Source: Myxococcota bacterium
Lineage (GTDB): Bacteria; Myxococcota_A; UBA9160; JAFDDA01
NCBI GenBank assembly: GCA_965228475.1
Contig: OZ245817.1
Location: 608,001 to 672,000, forward strand
Direction of reading: 5' to 3'
Length of the DNA stretch: 64,000 bases
The notes under the pieces are model-generated. The model was not told the origin of the DNA. It saw only the letters and a list, made by a program, of their open reading frames with translations, and ran no database searches. Shown here in pieces: positions 9,686 to 18,618 of this stretch. The translations under genes were made by a program, and so were the position numbers. Each line of letters begins with the position of its first letter. Positions within the stretch are counted from its first letter, which is position 1.

Positions 9686-10654
9686 CTAGAACGGCGGCGG
9701 CGCGGGGGTGCCTCTTCGCCGTCCGCGCTTCGCGTTCGTTTCCTGCACATCGCCCTCGGAGGCGCGCCGCTGCCGGAGGCGTTCGCGCGTCGCCTCGGCC
9801 GCGAGGCGCGCACCGGTCGCCGACCAGTGGTACCAGCGGCCGTGGTGGGCCACGAGCCGCAGGCGGTTCGTGCGCGGGGCTTCGGGGGCGGCTTCGTCGA
9901 GGCCGCCCGGCGAGGAGGCCGGGAGGGGCTGCCGGTCCCCGGCGGCTTCGACCGCCGGCGCGTAGCGCACCCGCGACCGCGGCTGGTAGTGCACCTCCAT
10001 GCCGACCTGCCGCGCCCGCGCGCTCCAGGCCACGTCGTGGAGATGGTCCCCGTAGCTTTCGTCCATGGCGCCGGCGCGGTCGAAGGCCTGATTGCGGACG
10101 AGCATGGCGACGGCCGTGGCGAACTCGGTCGGCCCCGGCCGGTCGAAGGCTTCGGGGTCGGCGGTGCCGCCCCCGCGTCGGAGCGCGCGCCCGCGCCACC
10201 AATCGATCCGTCCCCCCGCGTACCAGAGGCGTTCCGGGCTCCCGGGGAGCACGATCTTCGGCGACACCAGCGCGCAGCGCGGTCGCCACTTCATGACTTC
10301 GAGGAGCGGTTCGAGGAAGCCCGGCTCGGGGCGCGCATCCTCCGAGAGGACGAGAACGCAATCGTCGCCGGCGCCCGAGAACGCGCGGCGCAGGCCCCGG
10401 TTGTGGGCGGCTGCGAGGCCGTGGCCCGGGGGCACGGGCCAGACGTCGACGCCCGCGGGCGCTTCCGCCCGCGCACCGTCGCAAAGCAGCCGGAGCCGCG
10501 TTCCTTCGGGCAGGAGCGGGGCGACGTGTTCGAGGCACGCCTGCGCGGCTTCGGTGCCGCGCTGGCGGAAGACGTGGACGGAAACCTGCAAGGTCGAAAC
10601 CTCCTCGAGATCGTCGCTCCCGCCCGGCTTGCCGGCGGGCGGCGGCACGCGCAA
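9686..10654 (-). CDS. glycosyltransferase family 2 protein (true start probably downstream, near 10590)
   Basis: GLAAAHNRG, VLVLSEDARPEPGFL, WYAGGRIDWWRG, AMLVRNQAFDRAGAMDE, DVAWSARAR. Confidence 0.75.
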   Translation of the reverse strand: MRVPPPAGKPGGSDDLEEVSTLQVSVHVFRQRGTEAAQACLEHVAPLLPEGTRLRLLCDGARAEAPAGVDVWPVPPGHGLAAAHNRGLRRAFSGAGDDCVLVLSEDARPEPGFLEPLLEVMKWRPRCALVSPKIVLPGSPERLWYAGGRIDWWRGRALRRGGGTADPEAFDRPGPTEFATAVAMLVRNQAFDRAGAMDESYGDHLHDVAWSARARQVGMEVHYQPRSRVRYAPAVEAAGDRQPLPASSPGGLDEAAPEAPRTNRLRLVAHHGRWYHWSATGARLAAEATRERLRQRRASEGDVQETNAKRGRRRGTPAPPPF

Positions 10655-10743
10655 ACTCCCGGCAGGGACCCTTCACGCGTACGCAACTGGCATCGGCAGA
10701 GCGGAGGCATCCCTGTAGGCGCAGACCGCGCCGGGAGCCCTCC

Positions 10744-11523
10744 ATGTCCGAGGTTCTGACGATCGAGAAGAGCGACGGCGTGGCCGTCGTGACGCTCTCC
10801 CGCCCGGAGGCGATGAACGCGCTCTCCCGGGAGCTCCGGGGGGCCCTGGTCGAGGCCTTCGCGGCCCTGGCCGCCGACGGCGAGACCCGGGCCATCGTCC
10901 TCACCGGGGCCGGGCGCGCCTTCTGCGCAGGCCTCGATCTGAAGGAGCTTTCGGCGCCCGGGGGGCCGACCTCGGGCATGAGCGAAGTCGACGTGGTCGG
11001 CGCCGTCGAGCGCTTCCCCGGCCCGGTGATCGGGGCGATCAACGGCTTCGCCATCACCGGCGGTTTCGAGCTGGCCCTGGCCTGTGACGTGCTCGTGGCC
11101 TCCAGCGAGGCCCGCTTCGCCGATACCCACGCGCGGGTGGGCATCCTCCCCGGCTGGGGGCTCTCCCAGAAACTCTCGCGCGCCATTGGCATCTATCGGG
11201 CGAAAGAGATCTCGCTCTCGGGCAACTTCGTGGGCGCCGAGCAGGCCTGCGCGTGGGGCCTCGTGAATCGCGTGGTGGCGCCGGAGGCGCTCCTCGAGAC
11301 CTGCCGCGCGCTCGCGAAGGACATGCTCTCCTGCGAGCCGACGGTCCTGCGGGAGTACAAGCGGGTGATCGACGAGGGCTACGCCATGGACTTCGCCGAG
11401 GGGCTCGCGCTCGAGGGCCGCGTGGCCCGGGAGCACGCGAAAGAGGTCTCCCCGGAGACGGTGGCCGAGCGCCGCCGCGGCGTGATGGCGCGAGGACGCG
11501 ACCAGAGTTCGGGAGGGACATGA
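10744..11523 (+). CDS. enoyl-CoA hydratase/isomerase
   Basis: LTGAGRAFCAGLDLKE, GAINGFAITGGFELALACD, FADTHARVGILPGWG. Confidence 0.92.
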   Translation: MSEVLTIEKSDGVAVVTLSRPEAMNALSRELRGALVEAFAALAADGETRAIVLTGAGRAFCAGLDLKELSAPGGPTSGMSEVDVVGAVERFPGPVIGAINGFAITGGFELALACDVLVASSEARFADTHARVGILPGWGLSQKLSRAIGIYRAKEISLSGNFVGAEQACAWGLVNRVVAPEALLETCRALAKDMLSCEPTVLREYKRVIDEGYAMDFAEGLALEGRVAREHAKEVSPETVAERRRGVMARGRDQSSGGT

Positions 11524-12218
11524 GCGAGATCATCCTCTACGGGCCTGCCATCGCTCCCTACACGGAGAAGGTCGCGCGGGGTCTCGGCCTGAAGAAGCTT
11601 CCGTTCCGCCACGTCGAGCCCCAGGGCCCCGAGGACTACAGGCGTTACAGCCCGGACACGGGGCTCCTGCCCGCGATCACCATCGACGGCGGGACGCCCA
11701 TCCCGGACTCGACGGAGATCCTCCACGCCCTCGACGAGCGCTTCCCGGACCCGCCGCTGCTTTCGCGCGACCCGAGCGTCGCCTCGCGCCAGCGCGGGCT
11801 CGAGGACTGGGCCGACGAATCCTTCTTCTGGTACTGGAACCAGTGGCGGGCCATGCTCGAGGAGCGCGGAGACCTCGACGAGTCCGGCGAGCCCTACCGC
11901 TTCTCCTGGCTCGCGCCGCGCACCTGGTTCGAGGCGCTCGGGCGCCCCGCCGGCCTCGGCGTCGACCGCAGCCGCGAACGGTTCCTGCTGGGTGAGGTCG
12001 AGCATCGCATGGACGACCTGGTCGGCTGGCTCGGTCCGCGCCCGTACTTCTACGCCGACGAGCCGAGCATGGCGGACCTCGCCGTCTACGCGATGCTCGT
12101 GCGCATTCGCGAAGGCGCCTTCGGCCCTCCGGGCCGGCTGCTCGACCGGCGCCCCGCGCTCGTGAGCTTCATGCGCCGCATCGAGAAGGTCACGGCCCCC
12201 GTAGAGCCCGAGGCCTGA
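11520..12218 (+). CDS. glutathione S-transferase family protein
   Basis: ATGA overlap with upstream gene; LYGPAIAPYTEKV, LLPAI..DSTEILHALDERFP, PSMADLAVYAML. Confidence 0.85.
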   Translation: MSEIILYGPAIAPYTEKVARGLGLKKLPFRHVEPQGPEDYRRYSPDTGLLPAITIDGGTPIPDSTEILHALDERFPDPPLLSRDPSVASRQRGLEDWADESFFWYWNQWRAMLEERGDLDESGEPYRFSWLAPRTWFEALGRPAGLGVDRSRERFLLGEVEHRMDDLVGWLGPRPYFYADEPSMADLAVYAMLVRIREGAFGPPGRLLDRRPALVSFMRRIEKVTAPVEPEA

Positions 12219-12222
12219 GGCC

Positions 12223-12690
12223 CTAGAGGCCGCCGAGCTTCCGGAGCGCCCGCCACTCCGCGGCGGTGACGGGCTGCACGGAGAGCCGGCTTCCCTTCCG
12301 CAGGAGTTCCATCTTCGCGAGGGCCTTCACCGTGCGAAGCTCCGCGAGGGGCAGCTCCCTCTTGAACGGCTTGCCGTACTTCACGTCGACGGCATCCCAG
12401 CGCGGGGCGTCGGGCTTCGACTTCGGGTCGAAGTAGTTCGATTTCTCGTCGAACTGGTAGGGGTCGGGGTACGCCTCGCGCACGATCCTGGCGGTCCCGA
12501 CCGCGGCCGGCGGGTCGGCGCTCGAGTGGTAGAAGACGACCTCGTCGCCCTTCTTCATCTCGCGCATCAGGTTGCGCGCCTGGTAGTTCCGCACGCCTTC
12601 CCAGCAGGTGGTCTTCTTCGGGCTCTTCGCGAGGTCGTCGAAGGAGAACGTCCCCGGTTCGCTCTTCATGAGCCAGTAGCGCTTGGCCAT
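12223..12690 (-). CDS. EVE domain-containing protein
   Basis: YWLMKSEP, WEGVRNYQARN, GDEVVFYHS, YFDPKS, RLSVQPV. Confidence 0.95.
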   Translation of the reverse strand: MAKRYWLMKSEPGTFSFDDLAKSPKKTTCWEGVRNYQARNLMREMKKGDEVVFYHSSADPPAAVGTARIVREAYPDPYQFDEKSNYFDPKSKPDAPRWDAVDVKYGKPFKRELPLAELRTVKALAKMELLRKGSRLSVQPVTAAEWRALRKLGGL

Positions 12691-12722
12691 CGGTGGTTGC
12701 TCCGAGAGGGTTCGATCGCGCG

Positions 12723-13691
12723 CTAGACGAGCGCGCGAAGGGTCAGGTAGCCGAGATAGATCGTCAGAAGCAGCGCCCCTTCGAATCGCAGGATGTGCTG
12801 GCCCTGGGTGACGGAGACGAGCCAGAGCAGCAGGGAGAGGGCGCCGAGCAGGAGGAGGTCGAAGGTCGCGCCGTCGGGGATGGGGATCGGCTGCACGAGC
12901 GAGGTGAGCCCGCCGACGAGCAGCAGGTTGAAGATGTTCGATCCGACGACGTTGCCGACGGCGAGGGCCGCCTCGTTGCGGACCATCGCGGTCACCGTGG
13001 CCGCGAGCTCCGGGAGGCTCGTGCCGATCGCGAGCACCGTCAGCCCGATGATCACCTCCGGCACCCCGAGGGCGCGCGCGAGGTCCGAGGCGCCTTCGAC
13101 CGTGAGGTTCGCGCCGAAGGTCAAAAGGCCCAGCCCGATCCCGATCAGGGCGAAGTTCCAGAGCACCGTTCCCTCGGTCGCGTCCTTCGAGATCAGGTCG
13201 GATTCGATCGGGTCTTCGCGGCGGCGGAGGAAGTCGCCGAGGGTGTAGTAGATGAAGACGACGAAGAAGAGCAGCAGGATGAAGCCGTCGCCGCGGTCGA
13301 ACCAGGTCGGGCGGCCCGAGAGCTGGTGATCGAAGGCCATGCCCATGGCGGCGGCCGTCGCGAGGATCATCATCGGGATCTCGCGCCGAACGACGACGTC
13401 CTGCACGGGGATCGGGCGGAAGAGCGCCGCCAGCCCGAAGATCAGGCCGATGTTGGCGAGGTTCGAGCCGACGATGTTGCCGAAGGAGAGGCCGCCGCTG
13501 CCGCGGACCGCGGCGAGCAGGTTCACCGCGAGCTCCGGCGCGCTCGTTCCGAAGGCGACGATGGTGAGGCCCACCGCGAGCGGCGACACGCCGAGCAGTC
13601 GCGCGAGCCGCGAGGCCCCGCGGACCAGGAGATCGCCGCCGCCGAGCAGCATCCCCATGCCCACGATGACCATGGCGAGATGGAGGGTCAC
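12723..13691 (-). CDS. calcium/sodium antiporter (YrbG family)
   Basis: Two alpha repeats (GTSAPE...GNIVGSN and GTSLPE...GNVVGSNIFN); ~10 TM segments. Confidence 0.92.
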   Translation of the reverse strand: MTLHLAMVIVGMGMLLGGGDLLVRGASRLARLLGVSPLAVGLTIVAFGTSAPELAVNLLAAVRGSGGLSFGNIVGSNLANIGLIFGLAALFRPIPVQDVVVRREIPMMILATAAAMGMAFDHQLSGRPTWFDRGDGFILLLFFVVFIYYTLGDFLRRREDPIESDLISKDATEGTVLWNFALIGIGLGLLTFGANLTVEGASDLARALGVPEVIIGLTVLAIGTSLPELAATVTAMVRNEAALAVGNVVGSNIFNLLLVGGLTSLVQPIPIPDGATFDLLLLGALSLLLWLVSVTQGQHILRFEGALLLTIYLGYLTLRALV

Positions 13692-14074
13692 GCTCCGGGC
13701 GCTCCCGTCCCGGCCGGCCGGGTGGGGAGCTTGATGCGAGGCTTCTCGGGGTGCGGGCGATAGAGGATCGCCGTGTGGCCGACGAGTCCACACAGCGCGG
13801 CCCCGGTGCCCTCGGAAAGCGTGCGCGCGATGGCCTTCTTGTCGTCGGGCTGGTGCATGCGCACCTTGACGAGTTCGTGATCCGCAAGCGCCTGATCGAC
13901 GGCGGCGAGGACGGCTTCGGTCGGGCCTTCGGCGCCGACGAAGGCGATGGGGGAGAGCCCGTGCGCCTTTCCGCGCAGGGCACGCTTCTGGAAGCCCGCG
14001 AGGGCGGGGGCTTCGGCTCGCGCATCGGGTTCGCGCTGCTTCTCGGGCTGTCTGGGTTCGGCGTCGCTCACCAC
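13688..14074 (-). CDS. yhbY: YhbY/CRS1 family RNA-binding protein
   Basis: QKRALRGKAHGLSPIAFVG, ALADHELVKVR, VGHTAILYR. Confidence 0.88.
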   Translation of the reverse strand: MVSDAEPRQPEKQREPDARAEAPALAGFQKRALRGKAHGLSPIAFVGAEGPTEAVLAAVDQALADHELVKVRMHQPDDKKAIARTLSEGTGAALCGLVGHTAILYRPHPEKPRIKLPTRPAGTGAPGA

Positions 14075-14150
14075 GGCTCCTGGGAGCGGAAGCGCCCCGG
14101 GGACCGGGCAGCGTAGTGCGAACGGGGAGCGCGGGCACGCCCGCGCCCCC

Positions 14151-15005
14151 CTAGCCGCCGCTCGAATCGCCCGGCCCGCCGCCGGAGCCCGATCGGCCCG
14201 GCAGCACGTGCTGGGTGATCGCCCCGTCCTGCTGGAAGCCCAGGTCGACGTAGACCGGATAGCCCTCGGCCGAGGCCTGGAGGACCGCCAGGGCGAAGCC
14301 TTCGTCCCGGGCCTCGAGCAGGGGGGCCTGGGCGATCGCCCGGCCGATGCCCCGCCCGCGGGCCGCCGGTACCAGCGCGAGGTTGTAGAGGCCCGCGACG
14401 CCCGCGCAGCGGAAGAGCGAGGCCGAGGCGACCGGCGTGCCGTCGAGGTAGCCGACCCAGTGCTCGAAGGGGACGTCCGGGCCGAAGCCGAACTGGATCA
14501 TCGCCTCGGTGTAGATGGCGACCACCGGGTCCGGGAAGCCGAAGGCCACGCGGACCGCGCGGCTCCAGTCCGCCGCCAGGCTCCGGTTCCATACCCGTTC
14601 GATGCGGAAGCCGGGGATCCGCGGCGACTCCGGCTCGAAGCCGTCGAGCTCGAGCGACATGCAGGGCTGCGACGCCACGGAGAGGAGCCCCTGGCGCTCG
14701 AGCGCCTTGGCGAGGTTCGCCGGGCGGGTGCGCGGCCCCGTCCACCACATCATCGGGACGCCCCGGTCCACGTAGGGCGCGAGGATGCCGACGACGGTGG
14801 CGTCCACGTTCGCCTCGGCGAAGCTCGCGCCGAGGACGGAGTTGAACAGCGGGAAGGGGACGTCGGAGATCGAGCGCAGCGCGACGCCGTCCCGCCGCAC
14901 CTGGATGCGCGAGTTGCCGACGAAGGACTCGAACAGGCCGAAGAGGTTCTCCTCGTTGGCCCGGATGCGTCCTTCACGGGACAGGTCTGTCGAGATCTCG
15001 AACAT
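14151..15005 (-). CDS. GNAT family N-acetyltransferase
   Basis: GVAGLYNLALVPAARGRGIG, AVLQASAEGYPVYVDLGF. Confidence 0.88.
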   Translation of the reverse strand: MFEISTDLSREGRIRANEENLFGLFESFVGNSRIQVRRDGVALRSISDVPFPLFNSVLGASFAEANVDATVVGILAPYVDRGVPMMWWTGPRTRPANLAKALERQGLLSVASQPCMSLELDGFEPESPRIPGFRIERVWNRSLAADWSRAVRVAFGFPDPVVAIYTEAMIQFGFGPDVPFEHWVGYLDGTPVASASLFRCAGVAGLYNLALVPAARGRGIGRAIAQAPLLEARDEGFALAVLQASAEGYPVYVDLGFQQDGAITQHVLPGRSGSGGGPGDSSGG

Positions 15006-15070
15006 CGCGTTTCCGAAGTCTCGGGCTCTCCGTACGAGAGCGGTTCTGGGTCGACGGGGCCTGGGCCCCG

Positions 15071-15114
15071 AAAGCAATCGGCCCCCCGGTGGCGAGCACC
15101 GGGAGGCCGATTGC
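15071..15114 (-). terminator. putative attenuator/terminator hairpin upstream of the GNAT gene
   Basis: GCAATCGGCC (15074-83) pairs with GGCCGATTGC (15105-14), inner CCCGGTG/CACCGGG; followed by only TTT on the minus strand. Confidence 0.5.
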
Positions 15115-15135
15115 GAAAGAAGGGCTCTTCCTGGC

Positions 15136-15345
15136 CTAGGGTGCTCGGGTCTCCGCCGCGGGCGGGACGATGCGCGTCTTGCCGAAGTCGATGGCCGTGG
15201 CCCAGCCCCGCGAGAGGGCGGACGTGCCGACGACGCTCGCGAAACGCCCGAAGGCGCCGCCTGCAAGCCCGAAGGCGCCGCCTGCAAGCCCGAAGGCGCC
15301 GCCTGCGCAGTGCATCGAATTCGTGTTGTGGTGGATCGCGCCCAT
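15136..15345 (-). CDS. putative leader peptide (69 aa) with AGGAFGL x3
   Basis: AAGGGGGAG immediately before ATG; stops 21 nt before the hairpin. Confidence 0.45.
   Translation of the reverse strand: MGAIHHNTNSMHCAGGAFGLAGGAFGLAGGAFGRFASVVGTSALSRGWATAIDFGKTRIVPPAAETRAP
15246..15306. repeat. 21-bp tandem repeat, ~3 copies (GCCCGAAGGCGCCGCCTGCAA)
   Basis: Two exact units plus 19 nt of a third. Confidence 0.95.
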
Positions 15346-15460
15346 CGCTCCCCCTTGAAGCGCCGACCGTACCGGCTCCGGGACCCCATCGTCAAGCGGG
15401 CCTCCGGACTGTTACGTTTTCTTCGTCGAGGGAGCGCTCGGGGCCGAACGGGAGGCCAGC

Positions 15461-15901
15461 ATGGGACTCGTGAAGAAGATCTTGGGGTGGGCGGTGGCGC
15501 TGGTCGTGGGCGTTCTCGTGCTCCAGCTCGTCGCCTCCGAGAGTGGCGAGGTCGTGACCCTGCGGACCTTCGGCCCGGACGGTGCCGCGGAGACCCGCCT
15601 CTGGGTGGCCGAGGACCGCGGCGCCGCGTGGCTGCGCGCGGGGCACCCGGGCTCGAGCTGGTACCAGCGGATCCTCGCGAACCCGGACATCGAAGTGGAG
15701 CGCGGCGGCGAGCTCTCCGAGTACAAGGCCTTCCCGGTCGAAGGCGGGCCCGCGCGCGACCGGATCAACGACCGGATGCGCGAGAAGTACGGCTGGGCGG
15801 ACCAGGTCATCGACATGATGTTCGGCCGGACCGACGCGGTCCCGATCCGCCTCGACCCGCGCGGGACGCCCAACGTCCCACGCCTGCCGGGCGAGTCCTA
15901 G
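15461..15901 (+). CDS. membrane-anchored split-barrel protein (deazaflavin-dependent nitroreductase/DUF2255-like)
   Basis: N-terminal TM; VVTLRT..ETRLWV, SSWYQRILANPDIEVE, MREKYG; GGAGG RBS. Confidence 0.65.
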   Translation: MGLVKKILGWAVALVVGVLVLQLVASESGEVVTLRTFGPDGAAETRLWVAEDRGAAWLRAGHPGSSWYQRILANPDIEVERGGELSEYKAFPVEGGPARDRINDRMREKYGWADQVIDMMFGRTDAVPIRLDPRGTPNVPRLPGES

Positions 15902-15920
15902 TCCGCGCTGCCGCGCACGC

Positions 15921-16730
15921 CTAGCGCCGAGCGCGCGGGCGGAAGGCGATGAAGGTGGTGTCGTCGGGCTTCGAGGGCTCTTCGTCGTCCTCGCCGGCCA
16001 TGCGCTGGTGTGCGGTGTCGAGCAGGGAGGCCGCGGCGTCGGCCACCGGCCCCTTGCGGATCGTGTCGACGATCTCTTCCAGGTGGACGTTGTCGAGCAG
16101 GCCGTCGCTCGCGAGCACGACGGTGTCGTAGGCCGCGAGGGGCCGCGCGGAGCCGACCTCGATGCGCATGTCTTCAGCGCCGACCATGTTCGAAATCAGA
16201 TGCAGCTCGTCGTGGTGGAGCGCGTCGCTCTCGTCGATCATGCCCGCTTCGACGCCGTAGCCGACCGGGGAGTGGGAGACGGTCTGGAGCTTTCGCCGCC
16301 CGCGCTGGCCGACGACGAGGATCATCGAGTCGCCCACGTGGTAGGTGCGCAGGCGGCCCGCCTCGATCTCGGCGACGACCAGGGTCGTGGCCGCGCCGAC
16401 GCCGAGGGACTTCACCCGCTCGTTGGCGCGCTCGAAGGCGTCGAGGATCGCCGGGCGGAGGCTGCCCTCGCGCGCGTCGCTCGCCAGGACGGAGTCGACC
16501 AGGGTCTCGAGGGCGATGCGCGCGGCCTTGTCGCCCGAAGGCTGGCCGCCGGCGCCGTCGGCGACCGCCAGCACGCCGCGGCCGGGGCCGAGTTCGACGA
16601 GGGCGGCCCCGTCCTGGTTGCCGCCGCGCTCGCCGGGGCGGGGTGCCGTGAACACGGCGAGCTCGCCCCCCGCGAACGGGTGGCGCTCGGGCGCGTCCAT
16701 GACGCGGTCCACGAGGATCCTCGCCGGCAT
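15921..16730 (-). CDS. PP2C family Ser/Thr protein phosphatase
   Basis: NQD, VADGAGG, HVGDS, LASDGLLD, DDTT. Confidence 0.9.
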   Translation of the reverse strand: MPARILVDRVMDAPERHPFAGGELAVFTAPRPGERGGNQDGAALVELGPGRGVLAVADGAGGQPSGDKAARIALETLVDSVLASDAREGSLRPAILDAFERANERVKSLGVGAATTLVVAEIEAGRLRTYHVGDSMILVVGQRGRRKLQTVSHSPVGYGVEAGMIDESDALHHDELHLISNMVGAEDMRIEVGSARPLAAYDTVVLASDGLLDNVHLEEIVDTIRKGPVADAAASLLDTAHQRMAGEDDEEPSKPDDTTFIAFRPRARR

Positions 16731-16797
16731 GGACTTCTGTTAGGCGTTTTCTCGCCGGGCTTCAAACCCGATCGGCGCCGGGCTGCGGCGCCGCGCG

Positions 16798-18459
16798 TCA
16801 GCCTGCCAGCAGGGCCCGCCCGACGACCTTGAGCTCGAGGATCGGCTTCACGCCCTCGAAGATCGGCAGCACCGTCGCGTCCACGACGTAGCGGCTGATC
16901 GGGTACTCCTCGGCGTAGCCCCAGCCGCCGTGCATGAGCTGACCCTGCTGGGTCACCTCGACGGCGATGTCGCAGGCCAGGAGCTTCGCCTGGGCCGCGA
17001 GGGGCGCCGCCGCACGCTCGTCTTCGTCGAAGGCGACCGCCGCGGCGTAGGTGATGGCGCGTGCGCCGGCGAGCCGGGTGGCCATCCGCCCGAGGGTGTA
17101 CTCCGTGAGCTGGAAATCGCCGATCGACTGGCCGAACTGGTTGCGGTCGACGACGTACTCGGCCGTCTTCTCGAGCGCCGCCTGGGCCAGGCCGCAGGCG
17201 CGGCCGCCGGTCTGGAGACGCCCGGCCGCGAAGCCCGCCATCTGGAGGTAGAAGCCGCGCCCTTCACCCTTCTCCATGCCGACGAGGTTCGCCGCCGGCA
17301 CGAAGTAGTTCTCGAGGTTGAGCGTGAAGGAGTGCATGCCGCGGTAGCCCGGCGTGGCATCGGCCTTGCCGACCATGCGCCCGCCGCCCGGCTGCTTCAT
17401 CTCGAAGTCGTGGCCGTCGAAGGAATCCTTCGGGACGATGAAGAGCGAGAGCCCCTTCTGCCCCTTGGCCGGGTCCGGGTCGGTTCGGGCGAGCAGCGCG
17501 AGGGCGTTCGCGCGCCCCGCGAAGGTGCACCAGGACTTCGGCCCGTTGATCACCCAGCCCTCTTCGCCGTCGACGGTGGCGCGTTCGGCGCGGCACTTGA
17601 GCGAGGCGACGTCGCTGCCGATGTCGGGCTCCGTCACGGAGACGCCGACCATGACTTCGCCGCCCGCGATGCGCGGGAGCCATTCCTTCTTCTGTTCTTC
17701 GGTGCCGCCCTGGAGGAGCGCCTTGGCGAGGATCTCGGGGCGCGTGATCAGGGAGCCCGCGGCGGCGAGGGAGGCGCGCGAAAGCTCCTCCGTCGTCAGG
17801 ATCATCGCGAGGTTGCCCATCTCGAACCCGCCGTACTCCTCGGGCACCGAGAGCCCGAAGTACCCGAGCTCGGCCATCTTGGAGATGAAGCTCTCGGGGA
17901 CGAGGTCGTCGTTCCGGTGGATGCGCTCGGCTTCGGGGTAGACCTCCGCGTCGCCGAATTCGCGCACGGAGTCGCGCACCTGCTCGTGCATTTCGTCGAG
18001 GGGCCAGTCGATCTTGCCGCGGGCGTCGATCACCTGGCGGCCGATGGCGCGCAGCACCGATTCGTGGGCCGCGCGGCGCACGCGCTTGCGGTCGGCGGCG
18101 GAGAAGGCGTTCTCGAGGTCGTCCTCGGAGAGGCCGAGGTCCTCGATCGACCAGGCCAGCCGGTCGCGCACGCTGCCGGCGAGGTTCGCGGCTTCCACCG
18201 CGGCGATGGTCTCGAGCAGTTCGTTCGAGCGGCCTTCCGCGCGGAGGCCTTCGACGTAGGCGACGAGATCCCGGGCCGCGCGCGCTTCCGTCGCGGCGTA
18301 GGCGACGCGCTCGACGAGCACCTGGTGGTCGTCGATCCCGCGGCCGCCTTCGGTGAGGGAGCCCGCCTTTTCGAGGGCGGAGGCGACGAGACGCTCGGCG
18401 GCTTCGACGAGAGAGGTGCCGTCGGCGAGGGTGGGGTGGGGGATGGCAGAGGCGCTCAT
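16798..18459 (-). CDS. acyl-CoA dehydrogenase with N-terminal extension
   Basis: VPEEYGG, VTEPDIGSD, INGPKSWCT, RNQFG, QLMHGGWGYAEEY, IFEG. Confidence 0.92.
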   Translation of the reverse strand: MSASAIPHPTLADGTSLVEAAERLVASALEKAGSLTEGGRGIDDHQVLVERVAYAATEARAARDLVAYVEGLRAEGRSNELLETIAAVEAANLAGSVRDRLAWSIEDLGLSEDDLENAFSAADRKRVRRAAHESVLRAIGRQVIDARGKIDWPLDEMHEQVRDSVREFGDAEVYPEAERIHRNDDLVPESFISKMAELGYFGLSVPEEYGGFEMGNLAMILTTEELSRASLAAAGSLITRPEILAKALLQGGTEEQKKEWLPRIAGGEVMVGVSVTEPDIGSDVASLKCRAERATVDGEEGWVINGPKSWCTFAGRANALALLARTDPDPAKGQKGLSLFIVPKDSFDGHDFEMKQPGGGRMVGKADATPGYRGMHSFTLNLENYFVPAANLVGMEKGEGRGFYLQMAGFAAGRLQTGGRACGLAQAALEKTAEYVVDRNQFGQSIGDFQLTEYTLGRMATRLAGARAITYAAAVAFDEDERAAAPLAAQAKLLACDIAVEVTQQGQLMHGGWGYAEEYPISRYVVDATVLPIFEGVKPILELKVVGRALLAG

Positions 18460-18618
18460 GGGGTTCGAACCTCCTGGGGACCGGGCTTGCAAGTCTTCGG
18501 ACTAGCTGATGTTTTGTGGCGTCCGCCCGGCGTGCCGTCGCGGATGCCGTTAGCATAGCGCGAGAGCCGTCGGCGTCCCCTTCCGGCGACGTTCCGTTTC
18601 GGCGACCCAGGAGGACTC

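Noticed and set aside
15246..15306. Possible mini CRISPR array
   Set aside because: Repeats are directly adjacent with no spacers, and there are no cas genes in the window
18461..18476. GGGGTTCGAACCTCC resembling a tRNA T-arm (also GGGTCGAATCC near 60140)
   Set aside because: No cloverleaf, acceptor stem or CCA; the first is the RBS region of the acyl-CoA dehydrogenase gene
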